A stretch of DNA of 62,471 bases, counting the filler, from Choristocarpus tenellus KU-1152 (lineage: Eukaryota; Protista; Phaeophyceae), in the NCBI GenBank assembly GCA_964200185.2. It is 10 parts of 10 records of this genome, joined end to end, with 100 filler letters (N's around TTAATTAATTAA, not from the genome) between each part and the next. Parts side by side here need not be neighbours in the genome. Positions count along the whole stretch, not along the records: positions 20,193 to 30,550 come from CAXNAD020002973.1; positions 30,651 to 38,373 come from CAXNAD020005683.1; 8 more parts are not named here. One strand, written 5' to 3'. The notes beneath the pieces are model-generated. The model was not told the DNA's origin. It ran no database searches and saw nothing but the letters and a program-made list of their open reading frames with translations. Made by a program: the position numbers and the translations under genes. Positions 22,810 to 32,681 of this stretch are shown here, piece after piece (position 1 is the stretch's first letter; each line of letters begins with the position of its first letter).

Positions 22810-24115
22810 CTATCCCCCCACTACTGCTGCCTGTCCCCAAAGCCCCCAAGTCACCCCACCCTTCACTACTGTCCCACCACTTCCCAACATAATCCCAGCA
22901 CCACCAATATTCTCATCCAGCCTCACTGCCACTAGTTGCTGATACTGTTTCCGACAGAACCCTGCCTGAACAGTGTCACCACTCTTCTGAAAAATCCTCC
23001 AGGCTTGCTTAGCAATCTTGACCATTCCGTCAAAATTGTGGCTATCTTCCCTAGAAGTAGCCTTTTCTACCATTATTTCTATGTGTCTCCTCCTATCTCT
23101 ATCCGAATCATCCAATGTGAATACGAGGGTACCAATAATGTGGTCATCCATTCCACTTTTTTTCCTTGACTCTGCTTCCAACTTCAAGTCCTCCTCCGCA
23201 GCCCTCTGCAACTGCTGTCGTCTCCTCGATCTTGGGTTTGCTGCTAGCCTGGACCTCCTCATTGCCTCTTCAATCTCCATTGAAGAGGACTCCACCGAAC
23301 CCCCATCCTTGCTTAAGTCTTGGAGAAAATCATTGGACGGGGGGCCCCTTACACTGCAAACAGGAGAAGATATGGAGGGACCCAACCATCTGGTATTTTT
23401 TTTTGGAGGGGGGGGAGTAGGGTAAACCTGGGGCAAAGGTTTGCCCCCTCATCCAGGAGAGGGTAGGGCCTTTCTGGGGTGGCGCTGGCAGGACTAGAGG
23501 TGGAACCTCCTGACTCAAACCCCACCACTTTAGTCTCAGCTGCCGCTGGAGATTTGCCTTCGTCCTCCCCTCCCCCCAACAAGTTCGATGGTACTCCCAG
23601 TAATCGTCGATTTCTCCTGTTCCTCCCACAACAGGTCGTACAGCTTCTGCAGGCAGTCCGTCTCCTGCTCCCCAGACCGCAACTTTCTTCTGGGAACAAG
23701 ACTGGGAAGCAAGAAAAGTGTTGGGTGTGTGTATGTTAAGATACTCCCCATTGAGCACTGTGAATATGGATTTCAGGTGTGTAAACTGCAAAAGTGAAAT
23801 GCAATTCAGCAGGAGCTCAAGCAACATCTACCATCGTACTCAAGTCAGTCAGAGGGGGATTTACACTTTGGTGACAATCTTCTGCACCTTAGTCCACCTG
23901 GACCATATCGAAGTGTTAGCACTTAGGAATGTCTTCGGAATGGTCTTCTCCCTGGTTCCCAAGGTTGTCTGCACTAACACTTCCTTTGTAAGAGTCAGGG
24001 GGTCAGGTCTTAGATTTCCTCTCCTAACCACTTCAAGAATCCAGGGACCACCACATCCATGTATGCTTACGTTGCCAAGGCATGTCTCGCATTCCATGAA
24101 ACTGTGCTTCTGCAT
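22810..24115 (-). pseudogene. Probable second (Myb/SANT-like partner) ORF of the Harbinger element, degenerate
   Basis: Protein-like fragments in shifting frames (RKLRSGEQETDCLQKLYDLLWEEQEK; IPDGWVPPYLLLF; RSRRRQQLQRAAEEDLKLEAESRKK), convergent to the transposase inside the proposed ends. Identity is inferred from position only. Confidence 0.4.
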
Positions 24116-27100
24116 TCCTTTATGGACCTTGCCGCATAATAGGGATGAGAACGACTTGGTATGACTTCAAATGAGCTGCTCTCATCTCTGAACCACATGT
24201 GTTCTTCAGTCTCCTCAGTACCCATGACACCACAGCATTCAACCCTAAGCCTATGCCCCCAACCGCATCCTTGTAAGTCATGATTCAGTGTTCCAAGAAT
24301 TTTGTATCAGTATTGGATGTCCAAGGTTAGATGTAACTGTGGAGTGCTGAGATGGTGATGCTGGGAGGTCTTGTACAATATATGGCGTTGCCATGGTCAA
24401 AATGAATTTGTGGTACAACTCACACCAATCACAACTCTCTCGTTCTCTTTTTCCTGTCAAAATTTTCAGTCAAAAGCAAAACAAAAAACCCCGCTGTGTA
24501 CAATAATAATTACCCTAACACTTGCAAAAATCGGCATTAAAGAAAAACTGTGGTCACATGTTTGACTTTATTCTTTACTCAACGTATGACGTTCTTGTAT
24601 TGGTGAATGTTATATTGCAGAATAACAAAAACACATGCTCTAGCACACTTATATTTTAACATCCAACAATTTGGGCGGTTGGACCTTTGATCGCTGCCTT
24701 CTCCTGTTGCTGTAGCGAGCAAGCTCAATCCCAGACGAGATCAAAATTCAACTGAAAAAGTCAGTTTCGGTCTTCCTTCAGTTCAAGTATCGCCTTTCAG
24801 AGCACCTCCACAGTAGAGGAGAGTTGTTAATTACGATCTTCAGCAAGGGCGGCCTCACTTTGACCCCTACCATGGACTGGTGTCTTTTTTCCTAGGGAAG
24901 ACATTATAACCACGGGTAGAAACCTAGGGTTCAATATATTGTGTTCAAGTATCCCCTGGCTCAAGTATGGGTGAAAGAGGTAAATAAAGGGATATTATCA
25001 AATAAGTGTTGTCGAGTGGTTATTCCCAGCCAAAGACAACAACCAAACAACTTCAAAATCCCATGTTTAATGGAGCCGATTCCTATCCACCCATCATTCC
25101 TATACAAGAACGAACATGGGTTGATGAACAAATAACTGTTGTATTCTGGCCTTGCATGTATACTACTAGCGATATCCAATACAGTTGGAGGAATCTATTC
25201 GAACATCAAAATCCCTCTTCCTTTCTCCCCTGCGCAAAATGCTAAAATTACCACCACACCTACACCATAGGATGGGCATTGTACTATCACAAAATATTGT
25301 GCCTTCCCCTAAAACCTTGTCACCCTGGAGACGAGGAATGTAAAGATGATCACAAAAACGTGAATGAGAGAAATTTACAAAGACTATCGAACACTATTAT
25401 ACTTGGGGACCAAGCACCAGGACACAGTTTGACACATATACACACACGCTTGATTGAATACAATGATGTCTTTGCCCCACTTTCTGGCGATCAGAGCTAA
25501 ATTTTGTTCCCAAGCCTGCATGAATTCGTGAAGATGAACCAACGAATACAGTGCTCAAGGAAAGAAGCCTCTTCTCAATTTGCCCGTGATGAGTTGGCAC
25601 TCAACTAGGGTGGGTTTGTTGCTCTTTTCACGACCTTGTCCTCTCTACTGACAAAGTATCAATTGCATCTATCCACACCTACCCCAGTGATTTTCACCAA
25701 CTTCAGTTACAGGTGGAAAGATTTCACAGTATGAAGTTTTTGGGATCAACAATGTTGAAGATGGTAATTAATGTACCTAGAACGAATATATTTAACGCTT
25801 CTTTTTTCTTTTTTTGTTTACGATTAGTAATCAAGAAGGTATCGAACTGGTTACGTATTGAAGAGTAAAATTATTTTTGTTGGACAGGTATGGAACTTTT
25901 TCAAGAAAAGAGGAAATAGAGCAACTTCCCATCAATAATGAAGTCACAACGAACAAACCAAAACACATAAAAAAAGAGAAAGCAAGATTCTCCAGTTGCA
26001 TAGAATTTTGTCTGTATCTCTTTAGTTTATAAAATAGAGCTTGCAGATTTCGACAAAACAATATACAAAAATATTTCATCTTCAACCAAAAAATACAATA
26101 ATAGGAACAATACCACCATTCATTGTTCAATATTCAATGTTCAAACACAACCAATCTAACCATCTCCTTTCCCTATACTAAACAAGATACCATCCCCCAT
26201 ATACTACCCTACACACCGATCATCATCCTGTACAACCATCCCGTCCTATGCACACCTACCACCTGACATTATGGTGGTCTGCTGAGTTCCTATCCTCCTC
26301 TAGTTCAAGTCCTTCAATATATTTGAACTGGTTGCCAGTGATCGGTCTACTGAGGCTAAGATGACAGCACAGTTGTCCCACCAACCACTGTCCAAGATCA
26401 ATATCAAGGTCAAGAGGTCGCACAAGGGGCACAACATTCTACCAACTGATGCCGTACCATCCCGTGGGATAGAGATTGAGCGGCGGCTTACCTTTCCAGT
26501 AGGACACACACGCATGTCCGACCCCAACGACAAGATTGCTGATTATGATCCTGATGGCTCAGAATCAATAGCTGATATTAGAGGAAAACGAAGCGACAGC
26601 ATAGAGTGAGTGGAACATGGAGGGTAGCCCCTCAAAATAACAGTTGCCCTTACGAGATTCTTTCTCAACCTTTTGGTATTCTGACCTTTTACTTCCTCTA
26701 GCACCATCATTCGTGCATGTATCAGACATATTCCTCCGTGGATACATCAAGGACAATCATTCGAGCATGTGTCAATCACATTTGCCACAAAACAGTGGTG
26801 ATTCCGATTGTGTTTTATCTTGTATCCCCAGTTTCCAAGAGTTTTATGCGATCTTTCTCTCATCCCACGTGTAGCATATGCGACGAGAAGTGATTATCCT
26901 CTCATTTTTGTACTACAGTTCATGAAAATTTTCATGGCAAAGTCAGGTTATGTTCTGTAGTGCTCATGTTGACCTTTCCTTTCAAGGATAGGCTTGGATG
27001 ATTTTTGCCTCTTTTCCATTGGGACGCAGTGAAGGCCAGGGGTAAGAAACTTCTGACCTCTATTGCCCAACTGTATCCATGCACAGGATCCGTCGTACAG

Positions 27101-29099
27101 ATGCTCCCCTTTTCTGCGTTGGGAAGGGTACTGCAAAGGGCAAGTGGGAAGGCAAAGATATCAATCAGAGCATGAGAAAGGGCAAAGGAAGAGAAGAATC
27201 GAGCATCAAGACCGTTCGATGTCGATCACTCAACGAATCTGAACTGGAATCGGTTAAGGCCCGAAAGGGCTTGAAGGGAAGAACAAAATGATAGGTGCCG
27301 ACAAATATCTCCTGGAGTGAGTGGAAGCGAAGCTAATCGCAGGGGAAATGAGACTATGATGAGGCCCCTTTCTAGAATGGGATTTGACCCCCCTGCCTCT
27401 AGAGCAACCCTACTACTGCACGCCCCTCCACCCTTGGTTACGTGGGTCAACGAATGCTAGAATTTCGATTATTTACATAGATTGAAGTGCCTTTGAGAAC
27501 AAACTCTAGTGGGCGTTAGTCTCTAGCAAGCTGAATGGTTGCGAAAACCTCGTACCACTTGACCAATGGAGAACCCGTTGATGAGAATCATTGCTTGGTC
27601 CTTCATCAGGCTCTAGTGATGGTCAGGTTATTTATAGTATTTTGGTGTTTGTTGCTACGTACTTCTGTGGGTTGGGTTAAATTGGTGCCCCAGTTGCCAA
27701 TGCCATCTTTGCTCCCCATTGAAGGCGAGAGTTTGGTGCTAGGTTGCAGAAAAATGTTGATCCTAGTGTAGGTAATGAGATGTTTGCATCCCTCTTTACC
27801 AGGGAGGCAAGGGAGTGCTTCATGCTCATTCAATACATCGTAGAAAACTTATTTCCCCCCTTCCCCCCAAGTTGGAAGCCTGTCCAGGAATATATGCTGT
27901 TTGAAGTGGAGTAGGAAATGACTTACGAGACATTTCAGCTCTACCAGGAATGTGCTCTTGTAGTGAACAAGGTGTCGCACTGTACAGCTTGAGACATTTA
28001 TATGATAGACGGATGATACTAATGTAATGTGTAACACCTTAGGTATATAGGTCCTGCCCCCAATTAGGCAACCCATTTATGTTTCAATTTTAGGTTGATA
28101 TATGTACATCATTACAGAGCTCTATTAATAGTCATTTCCAACCCGCAGTGAAAAGGGAGGAAATGTTCACAATACACTACTTTCTTTCTCCACTTGACCA
28201 TCAGAACTTGTGTTTGATTTTACTTATTTATTGATGAATACCATCTGTTTGTGTACAGTGAGAAAGATGAATAGGTAAAAACTAGGGCAGGATTGATTTC
28301 CACCACGAAAACTGCAGTTAGTTGGTGAGAACGACTTTCATACGTAACATTAGAGCCGCAAAAGACCCCTCTGGATTTCCCCACCTTGTTTACCACAACA
28401 TTTTGGATGTGTGGGATATTGTAAACATGTAGACTCATTGGCTTCTGCTTGAGGGGGTAGGGATAGACATAAAGATAATTGTAAGCACCCACAATTCCAG
28501 TGGTGACTGGAGAGAAAGCACAGCAGTAAATAAAGGCTAGGTGACAACAGGAGGATATTATCTTGTTGCCACTTTGCATCAACTGCATTAATGGGAGATG
28601 ACTCGATTTCATTATGCTTTGAAATAAAGGCATTAGGGACTGCTAGGAGTTCCTGAAATGTTCCACACTATTTAATTGTCAACAATGAGATCAGGCAAGG
28701 AGTGTGCTAACTCTGGAGTACATTTGTCAACTCAAAACTTAAAACCAAAATTGCTAAGTATCTCCTGGCTAATGCTATTTTGCGGTACTGTGAGGAATAA
28801 ATGTTGCAACTTGAACGGTCTCTCAACCGAAAAAGAAAACGTACGATTTTACCATGCTGCTGGTTGTCAAGATCCAAACACAATGGGCATTGGTGAGGTT
28901 AGCTCAAACCTATCTCTTCCTAGCAAGACGAAGCAACACAGTGTTGTGTTAACATAACAACCGCGACAACCATCAGTGGAACAACTGAATAGAAGTTCAC
29001 TTACATGTGAGCCTTCTTCCTTACAGTTACGTACTCTTCTGTGCGGTTCCGGGTGTGTAAAAGGAAGCACAAAAAAGAACTGATCTGTGATCTGTCTTT

Positions 29100-29420
29100 C
29101 AATGCTATGTTGTTGCACAATTGCGGTTTCCTGGGAACACTGATTGCAGTGGGTGTGGAAATTTAGCTCCAAACCATCCCTATCCTCCTGTACATCCCAA
29201 CCCCTGCTCATCCTCTTTTTGTAAAAAGTGGGGTTTCCCCCCAAATCTAGAGCACTTTGTACACAAAACCTTCTACCCTTTTCAGTTAATGAGCTCCATC
29301 AGCATGCCTGCTTCCTTATAAAGCCCAAAGTTCTCCATCTCCACACTGTTGAAGAAGCGGGACACCACACTCACCTAACACCAAAATGCATTCCAACAAG
29401 AATCAACCAATGTATGTGTG
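29100..29420 (-). pseudogene. Possible IS630/Tc1-like transposase remnant
   Basis: PASSTVWRWRTLGFIRKQ...RRFCVQ resembles the S.STV.R.L..LG..RK helix-turn-helix segment; heavily degraded. Confidence 0.3.
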
Positions 29421-30896
29421 GTGTGGGGGGTGAATGGCTAAAAAATACAGAGGAAAACGAGGATACTTAGGCTTCTGGGAGGTAACATCAATAGGCAGTA
29501 TGCTACTGTGGAGAGTTCTGTACCCCAGAATGCGTACTCTACAGTTTCACACAGCTTGTTTCACCACTGCATAAGATTAAATGCTTTAGGCCATGTAAAA
29601 CTACTGTAGCCAGTTTGTAGAGGTTTCCATGGAGTGCATGGCAGAAGTGTCCATGATATGAAAATCTCGACAGCATAGAGGTAGCCAGATGAACAGTACA
29701 AAAGACAGTAACAAGAATTCCTTGCAGAGCAGTTTTTATTAATGACATTCAACTGCATATCAGCCTCTTGACTAGTTCTGTTTGCTCATGAGCCAAAGCA
29801 CACTCATGCCTCCAGGACGGGCCTTCTCACTGTGCAGTCTACACTCAGAGGCAACAAGGAAGAGAAATATAGCAACATCTCATGAGGAATGTGTAATTAC
29901 TACCAATTGGGATGGAGAGACAGCAGAGACTGCAGTCATCAACACACACTTACCATGGTGTGGAAAACTCCTGGTCCCTGGACCATATCCTTGAGTGGGA
30001 GGGGCTTGTGGATGGCCAGTGCCCACAGCAACTGGAAGGACTCCTTCAGTAACCTGTCACCATCTTTAGATGCTGGGGTGGCTTGGTGACACCAGCCCTA
30101 CATAAACATCGATACATACAATCAGGGGTGCAAGACAGGAATCTCAAGTACGGATTGAAAAGGTTCAGAATTCCATGCTGCACAAAGGGATTGGGATGAA
30201 GACTTTGAATGAGTGCAAGGTGGGGATGGTGAGCAAAGAGGTGTGGTAGTACCCTTGGTATGCATCTATCTGGGGGGTGATAGGCTTGTGCACTTGGGTA
30301 GGTGTGCTGATCCAGTGGGTGGGCCTGGGAGGTGTGCATGATATTTAGAGGAGTTTTAAAGGAAAAAAAAGCTGAAAGCACTAGCACCGCTCACAAATTT
30401 ACTCAATAAAGGGAGTCCAACACTCTTTGCAACAAAACCATATTTTTGTGACACTCCCCCCCCCCCTTCCTATTGTCCTGGACCCTCCATCCTTTCTCCC
30501 ACAGCACAACTTCTGCCCTCTTTCAATTAATTTCAATTTGATCCTCCTACNNNNNNNNNNNNNNNNNNNNNNNNNNNNNNNNNNNNNNNNNNNNTTAATT
30601 AATTAANNNNNNNNNNNNNNNNNNNNNNNNNNNNNNNNNNNNNNNNNNNNGTTGTAGTGTCCCGCGGGTATGTAGTTCGGTAGGTTGGGGTGTGTGTGGG
30701 GGGGGGAACAGGTCTAGCCACTAATAGTAGTAGCTGATTGACATTTGCTTATATACACCTGGAAGTGAAGTCAGCGTAGCCCAGGAAACGGAATTCACAG
30801 CTGAATTTCTGAAGGGGGTTAAAAGGGGCGGACAATATATATAGGTCGAACTAAATCAGACATGCACGAGGAGGCAAACAAGGAGAACTCACTCAC

Positions 30897-32272
30897 CCGT
30901 ACACCACAAGTGCTGGGGCGATGAACAACGTGGCTGCTAAGTAGAGAACGTAAACCGACGATGCAATATTCACGCGGTGCAGGAGGTCGGCGATGGCCTG
31001 TGTTGCCGCATCAACAAAGGACTCCACCTCTGTCATGTTCACGGCAATAGTTGGGTCGACCAGTTCGCCATACACATCTAACGCCTGGTGGCTGGCATCA
31101 TATGCAAGGAGGGTCTCCGCAGCGACGACATCCGGGCAGGGTATCCGGACCCATTTGCACTTCTTGCAAGCACCGATCCCAAAGCAGCCTCCAAAAATCT
31201 CTGCGCACACCTCTCTGTACTCGCACTCTTCACCGCCATCCTCGGCTGCGGCCTCAAGCTCTGCACGCTCAGCAGCGGTCAAATGGTAGGGATCTGGCCA
31301 GGCGTAAACACCTGAAGCGTACCTCTCCCTCGCCGCAAAGTAAGTTTCGGACATGAGCGCCATCATGCTATCCTTGGCAGCGATAGCCTGTGTGTAGTTT
31401 GTGACCTCCCGCATGATCTCTAGGTTAGTAGCGAGCTTCTCGTCCATCCCAGTACATAGAGTAGTGTCAACGTTGACCAGGTGGAGGGAATCGAACACGC
31501 CACTAACGGCAACAGCAACTATCACGAGCACCAAGGACAGCAGTATCGTGGCACACCAGTCCCGCCGCCCTCTACTGGTTTTCATCGTGTAGCCCCAAGT
31601 TTCGATCTTTGCCTTCCTTATCGTGTGCTTCACTTGCCAAAAGGCCAGGCAGCCACCCTTCGTCCAGCGAGAGGGTTTACAAAGGGCAAGACATCCACCA
31701 TCCTTCATACAGCGGGATTGTGGCACCCTACAACATAGCATCCTGCAGCATGAAGCCTTGCAGCATGACAGTAACTTCTTGCAAGAACCAATGCATCCTC
31801 CATCCTCTGACAAGCACGCTTCGCGTGGACTCTGGATCGATGGTCTAACCATGGACTCTATATAGCAAAGTGAGGGAAAGAATCAAGAGGAATGAATCCC
31901 CAGGTCAGTAAGGAAACGAAATCTGGCACTGTTGTCCTCTCGTCGCCTTAACAGATTATGTGGCCCTGAAGTCATTGGGATATTCGTAACTGCGTACCAC
32001 CCTTGGCGAAAACGCAATCGATGATTGTCATGAGGTGTTCATTGTACTGGGCATATGCTGACATTGAAGTTAGACCAGAGATAGCGACACAACGAGGACC
32101 TAGTCTTAAACAGCGGATGTTCATTAGTACAGAGGGAGGACAAACATGTTAACAGAACTCAGATCTTCCACAAACAACTCCACTTACCGTCGGAAGATTT
32201 AGTTGTTGACTGGACGTTGCGGTCTCTAGATGGGTGTGTCTCCTTCCCAGTCAGGAGGGGGTCGACTTGCAT
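30897..32272 (-). CDS. Cys-rich membrane protein of unknown function, first two exons (truncated by linker)
   Basis: Exon 1 32272-32188 (MQVDPLL...KSSD, donor G|GTAAGT) splices in phase to exon 2 31857-30897 (tatag|AG; donor GG|GTGAGT). About 350 aa with two hydrophobic segments (ILLSLVLVIVAVAVSGVF; IASSVYVLYLAATLFIAPALVVY) and N-glycosylation sequons (NYT, NMT) between them. Confidence 0.82.
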
Positions 32273-32681
32273 GTTCCTATTTCCTAACCGGTGTCAACCA
32301 CTACGTCTTCTAAAATCTGACCTCGTTCTCGCAACATAACTTACCTTGATGCTGAGTGCTGGGTCAAAGAACATGTCAATATTCGGGTAATATTCGGGAA
32401 AAAACGATAATATGTGATACCTAATATATATACATATTATATAGAATTTCTTTATTCTATATTCTATATAATAATAGTAGATACAAGAAGTACTAACTGT
32501 TTGTCGACTCCTGTTACTATACAATTTTCCTCTAAACGGAATATGAGCGTTTCTAAATGGTGTGAAGATTATTGGAGTTTTGAACTGAGACAATTCAGTG
32601 TTGAGAAACTGGAAGTGTCCGAGTATTGGTAGCTTGTCACAGAGACATAATTCGACGCATTGAATTCATCTGTACGTCATA

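Larger units (their letters stand above)
20451..24568. mobile_element. Degenerate two-ORF PIF/Harbinger-type DNA transposon
   Basis: DDE transposase relic on + and a convergent partner ORF relic on -. The right end ...GTGGTCACATGTTTGACTT (rc AAGTCAAACATGTGACC) resembles the MITE termini. The left end is only partly matching (CCCGTGACCCTTTTTT), so boundaries are tentative. Confidence 0.6.

Noticed and set aside
27365-27430. tRNA or tRNA-derived SINE (minus-strand GGGTCAAATCCC B-box-like motif)
   Set aside because: No cloverleaf or convincing A-box could be built.
29953-30090. Downstream exon of the membrane-protein gene (…GPGVFHTM|GTAAGT)
   Set aside because: It lies across an artificial linker in CpG-depleted DNA with a weak acceptor, so linkage is unsupported.
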